64,000 nucleotides of DNA from an uncultured Thermoplasmatales archaeon (GCA_964581775.1 CAZOQA010000002.1:21125-85124), one strand, 5' to 3'; numbered from the stretch's first letter, positions 8,892 through 18,129 are shown. The notes: a model not told the origin generated them from the sequence alone. Numbers and translations are program-made.

Positions 8892-8897
8892 TAAATA
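8892..8897 (-). promoter_or_regulatory. TATA-like box (minus strand CCTATTTAG) for the STAND gene
   Basis: AT-rich hexamer in a GC-rich spacer. Its first T is 31 nt upstream of the ATG at 8866. Confidence 0.35.
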
Positions 8898-8925
8898 GGC
8901 TCGCCTTCGGCTGTGTGTTCCCATG

Positions 8926-9993
8926 CTATGCGAAGGGGATCAGGGCCTCGACGTAGAGCACGACGGCGACGAACGCAGCGTACGAGGCCAGGAGCGTCCA
9001 GCCTTCCCGGTGCGTGAGCTCGAAACCGGACCGCATGAACGCTATGAACAGGAGGGTGGAGGCGCCCAGCATCAGCATCAGGGGGCCAAGCCGGGCCAGG
9101 TCCACGACCGCGCTGCCGGCGACCATCACGCCGATGGGCAAGATCACGAGCACGTCGAACGTGTTCGAGCCCAGCACGTTGGCCAGGCTTGCAAGGCTGC
9201 GGTCGTTCCGGGCTGCGCTCATGCTGGCGAACGTGTCCGGCAGGCTCGTGGCGCTCGCGATCACGATCACGCCCCACACGAACGGGGACACCCCCACCTG
9301 GTTGCCCAGGTAGAGGACGCTGCGGATCAGCCCCTCCGCGGAGACGAGGACCAGCAGCAGCCCGGCCACGAGCCCGCCCCACGCCCTCCACGCTTCCACC
9401 GTTTGCCGGGGCTGGGGCGTGTGATCGCGCGTATCCTGCCATTGCAGCACGAGGTACATCGCGTACAAGACGAGGGGGAGGATGGCCAGCTCGCGCGTGA
9501 ACAAGCCTCGCAGGCCCCCGGCCCCCCCGAGGGGGTTGTACACGATGCTCAGCGCGAACACGAGCGAGAGCGCAAGGACCGCGGCCAGGTAGAACAGGCC
9601 CTCCTTGAAGACGAGGTTGCGGCTGGTTTGCATCGTGTCCGACCCGAGCACGGCGATGCCGGGGATGATGAGCACGTTCATCACGGCCGAGCCCACGATG
9701 ATGCCGATGCCCAGCTCGAACGCGTCGTGCAGGAGGGTGGCCAACAGCGTGCTGGCCAGCTCCGGGAAGCTGGACCCGATCGCGATCACGATCGAGCCTT
9801 GGACGACCGGCGGAAGCCCGTAGAGGTTCCCGATCTGCTTGCTGGCCTTCTCGAGCCTGGAGCTGCCGACCCACAAGAGGGCCGCGGACCCGATGAGGAC
9901 CGTGAGCGCGACGGCGAGGGCAAGCACTCGGCGGCGGTAGCTGGGCTTCCTGATATGCGCTGGGTTTGAGGGAAACCCGCAAACCCGACCCAT
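8926..9993 (-). CDS. Ca2+/cation antiporter (CaCA, YrbG-like Na+/Ca2+ exchanger family)
   Basis: Polytopic membrane protein with both alpha-repeat signatures (GSSFPELAST and ATSLPDTFAS). ORF 8926..10050 would overlap the tRNA, so the start is placed at the internal ATG 9993 (MGRVCGF..). Confidence 0.8.
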   Translation of the reverse strand: MGRVCGFPSNPAHIRKPSYRRRVLALAVALTVLIGSAALLWVGSSRLEKASKQIGNLYGLPPVVQGSIVIAIGSSFPELASTLLATLLHDAFELGIGIIVGSAVMNVLIIPGIAVLGSDTMQTSRNLVFKEGLFYLAAVLALSLVFALSIVYNPLGGAGGLRGLFTRELAILPLVLYAMYLVLQWQDTRDHTPQPRQTVEAWRAWGGLVAGLLLVLVSAEGLIRSVLYLGNQVGVSPFVWGVIVIASATSLPDTFASMSAARNDRSLASLANVLGSNTFDVLVILPIGVMVAGSAVVDLARLGPLMLMLGASTLLFIAFMRSGFELTHREGWTLLASYAAFVAVVLYVEALIPFA

Positions 9994-10011
9994 CGTAGAT
10001 CGAGGGGAAGA

Positions 10012-10095
10012 TGCAGGGGGCAGGATTCGAACCTGCGAAGGCCTTGCCACCGGGTCTTAAGCCCGGCCCCTTTGTCCTGGCTAGGGGACCCCTGC
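10012..10095 (-). tRNA. tRNA-Leu(UAA): tRNA-Leu (anticodon UAA), class II with long variable arm; no encoded CCA
   Basis: Hand-folded. Acceptor GCAGGGG/CCCCTGC, anticodon stem CCGGG/CCCGG with loop CUUAAGA, variable arm GGC-AAG-GCC, T arm GCAGG-TTCGAAT-CCTGC, discriminator A; 84 nt. Confidence 0.9.
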
Positions 10096-10220
10096 AGCGG
10101 TTGGAGGCAACCGTCCCGCGTAGAAGAATCCTCTGCCGACAACCGGTCCTCGTCTTGGCCCGGTGTCGGCCGGGATTCCCCCCGTTTCAGGCCCCGAGGC
10201 GAAGAGAAAGAGGGGAACGC

Positions 10221-10226
10221 TTATCA
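10221..10226 (+). promoter_or_regulatory. TATA-like box (TTATCA) for csp
   Basis: First T is 29 nt upstream of the ATG at 10250. Confidence 0.35.
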
Positions 10227-10249
10227 GGGTAGCGGCGTTGTACTGCCAC

Positions 10250-10444
10250 ATGGCCACCGGTAAGGTCAGCTTCTTCCACGATCGGAAGGGCTACGGTTTC
10301 ATCGAGACAGACGAATCGGACGACGACGTGTTCTTCCACATGGACGACATCGACGGTCCCGAACCGTCGGAAGGTCAAGAGGTCGAGTTCGAGGTGGAGC
10401 AAGCCCCTAAGGGACCCCGCGCAAAGAACATCACGTTCGTGTAG
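10250..10444 (+). CDS. csp: Cold-shock domain protein
   Basis: MATGKVSFFHDRKGYGFIE..DVFFHMDDI carries the RNP1/RNP2-like motifs KGYGFI and VFFH. The GTG-started extension 10163.. is rejected. Confidence 0.9.
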   Translation: MATGKVSFFHDRKGYGFIETDESDDDVFFHMDDIDGPEPSEGQEVEFEVEQAPKGPRAKNITFV

Positions 10445-10599
10445 CGCTGGACCCTTCGCTTGGTCCCACTCGCTTCGGGCCTGCGGCCCGATGCTCCCCT
10501 TTCTTGGCGCCTGGCGCCCCCATCTTCCCTTCGCCTCCCAGACGCATCCACGCTTCGGGGGCCGCCAGGCTTTCATAGCGAAACCAGCCTCCCCCCGCG

Positions 10600-11628
10600 A
10601 TGCGCGCCTTCGGCTTCAAAGAGCATGGCGGCCCCGACGTGCTCGAACACTTCGACGTGAAAGAACCCGACGTGGGACCCGGCGAGGTCAAGGTCAAGAC
10701 CGAAGCCGTCGCCCTCAACCACCTGGACCTGTGGGTGCGCGAAGGCTGGCCCGGGCTGGACCTGCAGCTCCCCCACACGCTGGGCACCGACACGGCCGGC
10801 GTCATCGCCGAGGTCGGCCAAGACGTGGTCGGGCTCGAGCGCGGGGACCCCGTCGTGATCAACCCCTCCCTCTGGTGCGGGTTCTGCCGCGCCTGCGAAG
10901 CCGGGGAACAGTCCCTTTGCGAGTCCTTCTCCATCCTTGGCGAGCACGTCTCCGGCACGCTCACCGAGCACGCGGTCGTGCCCGCGCGCAACGTGCTCGT
11001 GCGCCCCGGGACGCTTGACACGGTCGAGGCCGCCAGCGTGCCCCTGGTCTTCCAGACCGCCTGGCGCATGGCCAACAAGGCCAACATCCGCCCGGGAGAC
11101 ATCGTGCTGGTCCCCGGCGCAGGGGGCGGCGTGGCCACGGCCGCCATCCAGATCGCTAAGCACCTGGGCGGGCACGTGATCGCGACGACCAGCACCGACG
11201 AGAAGAAGAAACGAGCCCAGGCGATCGGCGCGGACGAGGTCGTGTTCTACACGGACGACGACTGGGGCAAGACCGTGCACGAGCTCACGAACAAGCAGGG
11301 CGTCGACGTGGTGCTCGACACGGCCGGACAAGACGTCTGGCCCGAGGCCCAGCAGTTCATGACGCCCGGCGGGTCCTTGGTGTGCTGCGGGGCCACGAGC
11401 GGGCCCGAGGTGGAGCTGGATCTGCGGTACGTGTTCTACCGGCAGTTGGAGTTCATCGGGTCCACGATGGCCAGCGCGAAGGAGTTCGACGAGGCCATGA
11501 ACCTGGTCTTCAACGGGTGGCTGGAACCCGTGGTCGACACCACGTTCCCCTTCGAGGACGCGAAGGACGCGTTCGCGTACCTGGAGGAGGGGAACCAGTT
11601 CGGCAAGGTCGTCGTCGAGATGGACTAG
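10600..11628 (+). CDS. Zn-dependent alcohol dehydrogenase / quinone oxidoreductase family (MDR) protein
   Basis: GroES-like N-terminal domain with Cys cluster CGFCRACEAGEQSLC and Rossmann motif VPGAGGGVATAAIQIAK. Confidence 0.85.
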   Translation: MRAFGFKEHGGPDVLEHFDVKEPDVGPGEVKVKTEAVALNHLDLWVREGWPGLDLQLPHTLGTDTAGVIAEVGQDVVGLERGDPVVINPSLWCGFCRACEAGEQSLCESFSILGEHVSGTLTEHAVVPARNVLVRPGTLDTVEAASVPLVFQTAWRMANKANIRPGDIVLVPGAGGGVATAAIQIAKHLGGHVIATTSTDEKKKRAQAIGADEVVFYTDDDWGKTVHELTNKQGVDVVLDTAGQDVWPEAQQFMTPGGSLVCCGATSGPEVELDLRYVFYRQLEFIGSTMASAKEFDEAMNLVFNGWLEPVVDTTFPFEDAKDAFAYLEEGNQFGKVVVEMD

Positions 11629-11924
11629 CTCGGGTTGCGCGACTTAAGCCGCTTGCTTCGGGCGCTCGCGGGCGGCGAGGGCATCTCACCGAGCTGGGCC
11701 TCGATCTCCTCTTGGCGCTCCTCAAGCGTGCGGATCTTGTCGATCAACCGCTGAGCCCGCGGGTTGTCCTCCTTCGGGCACGTCGAGCACTGCACACCGC
11801 CCAATCGGGCGCGCAACCGGTGGATCTTCACGCTGGCGCGGCGGTGCTCCCGTTCGAGCACCTCCCGCTCGTACGGGTCCTGGATGGGGTCGAGGCCGAT
11901 CAACCGCTTCAGGCGCTCCAGCAC
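11625..11924 (-). CDS. Small basic coiled-coil protein, paralog 1 (unknown function)
   Basis: 99 aa with a GTG start. It shares LxxLKxLxG..E.(E/K)VL.R.H.R and P.A.RL...I..LE..Q..IE..LGE blocks with the neighbouring 95-aa ORF. Its stop shares CTAG with the convergent adh stop. Confidence 0.6.
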   Translation of the reverse strand: MLERLKRLIGLDPIQDPYEREVLEREHRRASVKIHRLRARLGGVQCSTCPKEDNPRAQRLIDKIRTLEERQEEIEAQLGEMPSPPASARSKRLKSRNPS

Positions 11925-11950
11925 GGCGCTCGTGTGTGGGCCTCGAGCAA

Positions 11951-11956
11951 GTTAAG
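11951..11956 (-). promoter_or_regulatory. TATA-like box (minus strand CTTAAC) for the small basic protein gene 11625..11924
   Basis: First T is 31 nt upstream of the GTG at 11924. Confidence 0.35.
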
Positions 11957-11964
11957 GGTTGGCG

Positions 11965-12252
11965 TCAACGGGGTCGGCCGCGCCGGGACTGGGGGCGCTG
12001 GGTGTCCAGGTCCTCCCCGAGGCGCTTCTCGATGTCGCGCTGCTCTTTCTCCAGGTCTTGGATCTCGTGCAGAAGGCGCTTCGCGACGGGGTCCTCCTTC
12101 TTCTTGCCTCCCTTCGTGGGGCGGCTTTTCAGCTGCCGGCGTTTCTGTTGGCGTTTCTGCTCGAGGCGGGCGTGCTTGCGTCGGAGCACGTCCTTCTCGT
12201 GTTCGGAGAGCTCCTCGAACCCGAGCAGGTTCTTGAGGAAGTCCAGCACCAC
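11965..12252 (-). CDS. Small basic coiled-coil protein, paralog 2 (unknown function)
   Basis: 95 aa, Lys/Arg-rich (KRQQKRRQLKSRPTKGGKKKEDP). Alignable to the 99-aa neighbour at both ends. Confidence 0.6.
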   Translation of the reverse strand: MVLDFLKNLLGFEELSEHEKDVLRRKHARLEQKRQQKRRQLKSRPTKGGKKKEDPVAKRLLHEIQDLEKEQRDIEKRLGEDLDTQRPQSRRGRPR

Positions 12253-12298
12253 GCGTCCCGTTGAGCACGTAGGGTCCCTTGAGGCTTCCGTCCGGGCC

Positions 12299-12769
12299 CT
12301 AGCTTCCGGGCCCGCGAAGCCGCGCGGCTAGCACGCCGTTGATCACGACCTCGACCCCCTCGTCGAGCGTCTCCAGGCCGGGCAGCTTTTGCTCGACGGC
12401 GGTGGAGGGGAGCACGGCTTGCCCTTCGGAGCTTTGCACGTACGCGTCGGGCCGCTCGAAGTCCAGGGGCACGATCTCGAACGAGGGCCGGGCCAGGAAG
12501 GGTACGGGTTCTCCCTGATGGAATGTGGAGACCGTGACCTGGTCCCCGGGTTCGAGGTCCGTGTTCTCTTCCAGGGCCTGCTGGTGGAGGCCGAGGCTCG
12601 TGGTGGTCAGCTCGTCGCTGAACCCTCCAAGCAGGGTCAGGTAAGCAAAGCGCGTGGTCTCGATGGGCCACGGGAGCCCGTCCAATCGATACCCGTCGAC
12701 GGCGTCAGGATCGGAGAACCAAGCACCCAGGCGGCCCTTCCGATCGCGAGGGTCTCGGGGGAACACCAT
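12299..12769 (-). CDS. Hypothetical protein
   Basis: ORF 12299..12835. The start is placed at ATG 12769 (MVFPRDPRDRKG..) because a TATA-like CTTAAT lies 30 nt upstream. No family recognised. Confidence 0.55.
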   Translation of the reverse strand: MVFPRDPRDRKGRLGAWFSDPDAVDGYRLDGLPWPIETTRFAYLTLLGGFSDELTTTSLGLHQQALEENTDLEPGDQVTVSTFHQGEPVPFLARPSFEIVPLDFERPDAYVQSSEGQAVLPSTAVEQKLPGLETLDEGVEVVINGVLAARLRGPGS

Positions 12770-12794
12770 CGATGGTATGGTGTCACACGAGCAC

Positions 12795-12800
12795 ATTAAG
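12795..12800 (-). promoter_or_regulatory. TATA-like box (minus strand CTTAAT) for 12299..12769
   Basis: First T is 30 nt upstream of the ATG at 12769. It is divergent from the cbs promoter. Confidence 0.35.
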
Positions 12801-12868
12801 CGTTTCGGAAGAGGCACACGGGAGAACACGCACACGGGAGGACCCGAGGTCCGCCGCCCGCCGAGCGG

Positions 12869-12874
12869 TTTAAG
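12869..12874 (+). promoter_or_regulatory. TATA-like box (TTTAAG) for the cystathionine beta-synthase gene
   Basis: First T is 38 nt upstream of the ATG at 12907, which implies a short leader. Confidence 0.35.
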
Positions 12875-12906
12875 GCCCCTGCCCGGGGTGGCGCCCTGAT
12901 ACGCGT

Positions 12907-14262
12907 ATGCGCGTCCACGATAGCATCCTCGATACGCTCGGGGGCACGCCCCTGGTCCGCCTGAACCACGTCGCCCCCGAGGGCCCCACCGTGTACGCCA
13001 AGGTGGAGGCCTTCAACCCCGGAGGCAGCGTGAAGGACCGGATCGGGATCTCCATGATCGAGAAAGCCGAACAGGAGGGCGATCTGGAGCCCGGCGGTAC
13101 GATCGTGGAGGGCACCAGCGGGAACACGGGCATCGGGCTGGCCATCGCGGCCTCCCTGAAAGGCTACGACGTCGTGTTCACGATGCCCGACAAGATGGCC
13201 GTCGAGAAGGAGAAGCTGCTTCGCTCGTACGGCGCCGAGGTGATCCGCTGCCCCACGGACGTGGACCCGGACGACCCGCAAAGCTACTACAGCGTCGCCC
13301 AACGCATCGCGGACGAGGACGACAACGCCGTCTACGTGAACCAGTACTACAACGACGCCAACCCCCAAGCCCACATCGAGACCACCGGCCCCGAGATCTG
13401 GGACGACACGGACGGCCGGATCACGCACTTCGTGGCCGGCGTCGGCACCGGCGGCACCATCAGCGGCACCAGCCGCTACCTCAAGCAGCAAGACCCCAGC
13501 GTCGTCACCATCGGCGTCGACCCCCGGGGCTCGATCCTCGCCCACAAGCACGAGACCGGCCAAACGCGCCCCGACCTGGCCCAATCCTACCTCACCGAAG
13601 GCATCGGGGAAGACCTGGTCCCCTCCACCGTGTGGTTCGACGAGATCGACCACTTCGTGGAAACGCAAGACCGCGAATCCTTCGACATGGCCCGCGAGCT
13701 CGCCAAGAAGGAAGCCATCCTCTCCGGTTCCAGCGCCGGCGCCGCCATCGTGGGCGTCCGCCGCGCCCACGAGCAAGGCCTCATCGACGACGACGCCCTC
13801 GTCGTCGTGCTCCTCCCCGACACGGGCGAACGCTACCTCTCCAGCGCCTACGACACCTCCTGGCTGCGCTCGAAAGGCCTCGTCGACCCCGCCACCACCG
13901 CGGCCGGCGCCGCCGTCACGCCCATCCCCCGCGTCCCCCCCGACGCCGATCTGCCAGCGATCCTGCGCGTGGCCACCGCGCGCGAGGTCCCCGCGGTCCC
14001 CGTCATCGAGGACGACCACGTCATGGGCCTGGTCCACCTCGAAGACGTCCACACCGACCTGCTCGAGAGCATCGACGCCCGCGAACGGACCGCCGCCGAG
14101 CTCGCCAACGCAGCCCCCCCCACCGTGACCGCCTCCACGCCCATCGGGGAAGCCGCGAACACGCTCGTCAAACAGGACACCCTCATCGTCACCGACGACG
14201 GGACCCCCCACGGGCTGCTCACGCGCGAACGCGTGCTCGCCCACATGGGCCGCCTGGGATGA
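12907..14262 (+). CDS. Cystathionine beta-synthase-like PLP enzyme (CysK/CysM fold + C-terminal CBS pair)
   Basis: PLP-lysine motif NPGGSVKDR, GTSGNTGIGLA and GVGTGGTISG. The C-terminal ~130 aa look like a CBS pair. Confidence 0.85.
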   Translation: MRVHDSILDTLGGTPLVRLNHVAPEGPTVYAKVEAFNPGGSVKDRIGISMIEKAEQEGDLEPGGTIVEGTSGNTGIGLAIAASLKGYDVVFTMPDKMAVEKEKLLRSYGAEVIRCPTDVDPDDPQSYYSVAQRIADEDDNAVYVNQYYNDANPQAHIETTGPEIWDDTDGRITHFVAGVGTGGTISGTSRYLKQQDPSVVTIGVDPRGSILAHKHETGQTRPDLAQSYLTEGIGEDLVPSTVWFDEIDHFVETQDRESFDMARELAKKEAILSGSSAGAAIVGVRRAHEQGLIDDDALVVVLLPDTGERYLSSAYDTSWLRSKGLVDPATTAAGAAVTPIPRVPPDADLPAILRVATAREVPAVPVIEDDHVMGLVHLEDVHTDLLESIDARERTAAELANAAPPTVTASTPIGEAANTLVKQDTLIVTDDGTPHGLLTRERVLAHMGRLG

Positions 14263-14266
14263 CCCC

Positions 14267-15328
14267 GTGAGCCTCCCTCAGCTCGTCCTCGACGAGGTCG
14301 ACCGCCAAGGCCCCATGACGGTGGCCCGGTTCATGCAGCTGGCCCTCTACCACCCCCAGCACGGCTACTACGCCACCCAGCGACGAGCCGGCAAGGAATG
14401 GTTCACGGGTCCCACGCTGCACCCCGTCTTCGGGCACACCCTCGCCCAAGGCATCGCGCCCCTGCTCGAGCCGTGCCAAGCGCCCACGCTCGTCGACGCC
14501 GGAACCGGAAGCGGAGAGCTTGCCCGCGACGTCGCGCTCGGGCTCCACGAAACAGCGCCCAGCATCTTCGAAGACCTCCAGATCGTGCTCCTCGACGAAA
14601 GCCAAGCCGCCCTCGAACGAGCCCAAGCCACGCTCCAAGAGGCAGGCATCGGGCTCGACGCCGTGCACACGGGAACGCGACCCCCCGACGGGGTCACCGG
14701 CGTGATCCTCGCCAACGAGCTGCTCGACGCCCTTCCCACGCACCTTTGCCAAGCCACCCAGGACGGCGTCCAAGAGATCCACCTCGTCCCCGGCGACCCC
14801 ACCCTGAGCCTGGCACGCGCGCCCCCCTCCACTCGACGCCTCGAACGCCACGCCGAACGCATCGCAGGCCCCCTCGAACCCGGCCACCTCTTCGAGGTGC
14901 CCCTGGACGCCTACGACTGGACCGCCGACGCCGCCACGAAGCTCGAGAAGGGCGCGCTCGTGCTCATCGACTACGGAGCCCCCCGCCGAGCCCTGCTCGA
15001 GCGCTACCCCAACGGCACGCTGCACGCCTACCGAAACGGCCACCGCGTCGAAGAGTTCTGGTACGACCCCGGCCAGATGGACATCACCTACCGCATCCCC
15101 TTCGACGAGATCGCGAACCAAGGCGAAGACCACGGCCTCGCCACGCGAACCCTGGCCCCGCAGGGCCGCGTGCTCGACGCGCTGAGCATCCGCCAGCTCG
15201 CGCAAGAAGGCCGCGACGTGCTCGCCATCAAGAAGCTCATCGACCCCCAAGGCGCCGGCGGCACCTTCCACGTGCTCATGCAAACCAAAGACCTCCACGT
15301 CACCGACCCCTGGCCCGGCGCGACCTGA
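14267..15328 (+). CDS. SAM-dependent methyltransferase, MidA/DUF185 family
   Basis: FMQLALYHPQHGYYAT is the typical MidA N-terminus, with the SAM motif VDAGTGSGELARD. GTG start, 4 nt after the cbs stop. Confidence 0.7.
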   Translation: MSLPQLVLDEVDRQGPMTVARFMQLALYHPQHGYYATQRRAGKEWFTGPTLHPVFGHTLAQGIAPLLEPCQAPTLVDAGTGSGELARDVALGLHETAPSIFEDLQIVLLDESQAALERAQATLQEAGIGLDAVHTGTRPPDGVTGVILANELLDALPTHLCQATQDGVQEIHLVPGDPTLSLARAPPSTRRLERHAERIAGPLEPGHLFEVPLDAYDWTADAATKLEKGALVLIDYGAPRRALLERYPNGTLHAYRNGHRVEEFWYDPGQMDITYRIPFDEIANQGEDHGLATRTLAPQGRVLDALSIRQLAQEGRDVLAIKKLIDPQGAGGTFHVLMQTKDLHVTDPWPGAT

Positions 15329-15337
15329 GCGTGAACC

Positions 15338-15343
15338 TTATCG
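15338..15343 (+). promoter_or_regulatory. TATA-like box (TTATCG) for thpR-cca
   Basis: First T is 32 nt upstream of the ATG at 15370. It lies just after the midA stop. Confidence 0.3.
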
Positions 15344-15369
15344 GGCCCCGCGCGGTTCCCGCCGCACCG

Positions 15370-15921
15370 ATGCCGCGCCTGTTCATCGGCGTCCCGGCGC
15401 CCGAAGACCTGGACGCCAGCGGAGCCCGCCGCGCCGTGCAAGACCACGCGCGCGAGGTCAAGCTCGTCGACCCCGAGCACTACCACGTCACGCTGGCCTT
15501 CCTCGGCGACACGAACGAGGACAAGGTCCCCGCCGTGCGCGCCGCCCTCCAACAAGCCCTCGACGGCAAAACCCCCACCCAGGGGCAAGCCCGCGGGCTG
15601 GGAGCCTTCCCCAGCCCCAGCCGCGCAAGCGTCGTCTGGATGGGCGTCCACGACGCCCAGATGACCCCGCTCGCGACCAGCATTCGGGACGCGCTCGACG
15701 ACCAGGACATCGCCTACGACGACCGGCACGACTTCCACGCCCACCTCACGCTGGCGCGGCTGCGCGAGAAACAAGACCTCACGCCTCTTCTGGACCCGCA
15801 CGAAGCCACCGAGTTCGGGCCCTACCCCGTGGACACGGTGAACCTGTACGCCTCCACGCTCACCCCCGACGGCCCCGAGTACGAGACCCGCGAGACCCTG
15901 CGCCTGGAGGACCCCCGGTGA
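15370..15921 (+). CDS. thpR: RNA 2',3'-cyclic phosphodiesterase (2H family, ThpR/LigT)
   Basis: Two H-x-T-L motifs (HVTLAF and HLTLAR) in 183 aa. This is the real part of the chimeric ORF 14398..15921. Confidence 0.85.
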   Translation: MPRLFIGVPAPEDLDASGARRAVQDHAREVKLVDPEHYHVTLAFLGDTNEDKVPAVRAALQQALDGKTPTQGQARGLGAFPSPSRASVVWMGVHDAQMTPLATSIRDALDDQDIAYDDRHDFHAHLTLARLREKQDLTPLLDPHEATEFGPYPVDTVNLYASTLTPDGPEYETRETLRLEDPR

Positions 15922-17291
15922 CGGCCTGGCGCAAGCAAGCCCTCGAGCGCATCAAGCCCACGCCCCAGGAAGACCAAAAGACCCAACAAGACGCCACGAG
16001 CCTCGTCGAAGACGTCGAAAAGCTCCTCGACGAGGAAGGCTGGGACGGGACCCCCCGCCTGGAGGGATCCCTCGCCAAAGGCACCTACCTGCACGGGCAA
16101 GGCGATTTGGACGTGTTCGTCGCCTTCCCCCCCACCCTCGAGCGAGGCACGCTAGAGGACCGCGTGCACACCCTCAAGCGCGTGCTCGAGGACGGCCACG
16201 TCGCGTACGCCGAGCACCCCTACGCCCAAGGCACCTACCGAGGCCACGACGCCGAGATCGTCCCCTGCTACGACCTCGCCTCCCCCCGAGACCCCCGCTC
16301 CGCCGTCGACCGCACCCCCTTCCACACCGAGCACATCCAGCACGCGCTCACGGACGAACAGCGCGACGAAGTGCGCCTTCTCAAAGCCTTCCTCGAAACT
16401 GCCGCATGCTACGGAGCCAAGGAATCCGTCCGCGGCGTCTCCGGGTACCTCGCCGAGCTCATGATCCTCCACCACGGCGCCTTCCAGGACGTGCTCGCCT
16501 GGGCCACCCGCGGGTTCCCCCACCCCATCACGTTCGAAGAGCCCCCCGCTCGACGGTTCGACGCGCCCCTCGTCATCGTGGACCCCGTCGACCCCGGCCG
16601 CAACGCCGCCGCCGCCGTGCGCGCCTCCACGCTGAACAGGTTCCAGGAAGCCGCCGCCGCCTTCCGGCAAGACCCCCACGCGCGCTTCTTCCAACCCCCC
16701 GCGCCCGCTCACATGGACGCCGACACGGCGCTGGAACGCTGCCAAGCCCGCAACACGCGGGTGCTCGCGCTCACGCTGCCCCTCGACGAAGACCTCCTCG
16801 AGGACCCCGTCCACGCCCAACTCCGCCGCGCCGTCACGCTCGCCACGGACCAGCTCGAACGCGATCAGATCCCCGTGCACGCCACCGCGACGCTGCTCGA
16901 CGAGGACCCGCGCGAAGGCTGGATCCTCCTCGAAGCCCACGAGACCGCCCTCAGCGAACCGTACGTCCACCAAGGCCCCCCCGTCCACCTCGACGAGCAC
17001 GCCGCCGCCTTCCGCGAGCAATGGGACGCCTCGCCTCAAGCCGCCGGAGACGTGTACGACGAAGAAGGACGCCTGGTCGTCAAGGTCCACCGCGAGACCG
17101 ACACGCTCGCCGACATCGTGGCCCCCCACCTCGAAGAGGCCAACGCTGGCAAGATCGTGGACGAAGCCCTCGAGGACGGGACCGCCCAGGTTCACGAGGG
17201 CGACGACGCTCTCGCGAAAGCCCCCCCCGCGGCGCGGTCGGCGCTTCTCGACCGGCGACGCCCCTGGGAGCGCACCGCACCGAGCCCGTAG
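15918..17291 (+). CDS. cca: CCA-adding enzyme (archaeal class I tRNA nucleotidyltransferase)
   Basis: EGSLAKGTYLHGQGDLDVFVAF (GS..DxD) and RTPFHTEH. The GTG start overlaps the thpR stop as GTGA. Confidence 0.85.
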   Translation: MTAWRKQALERIKPTPQEDQKTQQDATSLVEDVEKLLDEEGWDGTPRLEGSLAKGTYLHGQGDLDVFVAFPPTLERGTLEDRVHTLKRVLEDGHVAYAEHPYAQGTYRGHDAEIVPCYDLASPRDPRSAVDRTPFHTEHIQHALTDEQRDEVRLLKAFLETAACYGAKESVRGVSGYLAELMILHHGAFQDVLAWATRGFPHPITFEEPPARRFDAPLVIVDPVDPGRNAAAAVRASTLNRFQEAAAAFRQDPHARFFQPPAPAHMDADTALERCQARNTRVLALTLPLDEDLLEDPVHAQLRRAVTLATDQLERDQIPVHATATLLDEDPREGWILLEAHETALSEPYVHQGPPVHLDEHAAAFREQWDASPQAAGDVYDEEGRLVVKVHRETDTLADIVAPHLEEANAGKIVDEALEDGTAQVHEGDDALAKAPPAARSALLDRRRPWERTAPSP

Positions 17292-17298
17292 CCGAGCC

Positions 17299-18129
17299 TC
17301 ACGTCTTCAAGCTCGTCCTCGTATCCCCCAGGAACAACGACCGCAGCCAGTAGCTGGCCTCGTCGATGGCGATCACGACGACGAACACGATCGCCAAGAG
17401 CACGAAGACCGCATCGTACGCGAAGAACTGCATGTACCCCCAGATGTGATACCCGATCCCACCCGCCCCGACGATGCCGATCGCGGAGGCGTGGCGGACG
17501 TTGTACTCGAACATGAAAAGGCACTGGCTGATCAGCGCGTTGGCCGCCTGAGGGAGCACCACGAAGCGCAGCACCTGGAAGCGGCTTGCCCCCAGGGCGC
17601 CCACGGCCTCCATGGGTTCCGCGTCCAGCCCCTCGAACGCCTCGTACTCAAGCTTGCCCACGAACCCGATCGTGTACACGCTGATCGCGATCACGCCGGC
17701 CAGAGCCCCCGTCCCGACCAGGATCACGAAGATCAGCGCCCAGAGGATGCTGGGGAGCACGCGGACGCCGGCCAGGATCCAGCGCGCGGGCACGTTCAGG
17801 TACCACGGGAACAGGTTCCGGCTGGCGACCAGGCTCAGCGGGATGCTCAGCGCGACGCCGACCAGGGTCCCGATGTACGCGATGTACAGGGTCTCCTGGA
17901 TGCCCCGCAGACCGACCTCCAGCACGGACGTGTCGGGCGGGATCGAGATGTCGAACAGGAAGCCCAGGTTCGACCAGGTCCCGGCGAGGCTCTCGCGGTG
18001 CAGGCCCAACGCGAAAAAGCACCAGGCCGCGATGAGGAGCACGGCAAGCCCGAGCAGGGCTCCGGTGCCCAGGCCGAGGCGTTCGAGCAGGGGCTCGGTG
18101 GCGGTCTCTTGCCGGGGTTCAACGGGCAT
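17299..18129 (-). CDS. phnE: ABC transporter permease, PhnE type
   Basis: Six-TM permease with a PhnE-like EAA region (EAFEGLDAEPMEAVGALGASRFQVLRFVVLPQA). Confidence 0.8.
   Translation of the reverse strand: MPVEPRQETATEPLLERLGLGTGALLGLAVLLIAAWCFFALGLHRESLAGTWSNLGFLFDISIPPDTSVLEVGLRGIQETLYIAYIGTLVGVALSIPLSLVASRNLFPWYLNVPARWILAGVRVLPSILWALIFVILVGTGALAGVIAISVYTIGFVGKLEYEAFEGLDAEPMEAVGALGASRFQVLRFVVLPQAANALISQCLFMFEYNVRHASAIGIVGAGGIGYHIWGYMQFFAYDAVFVLLAIVFVVVIAIDEASYWLRSLFLGDTRTSLKT

Noticed and set aside
9993-10250. tRNA-Leu as an integration site for a mobile element or island.
   Set aside because: No integrase, recombinase or transposase gene is seen anywhere in the window. I found no duplicated copy of the tRNA 3' end that would mark an att site.
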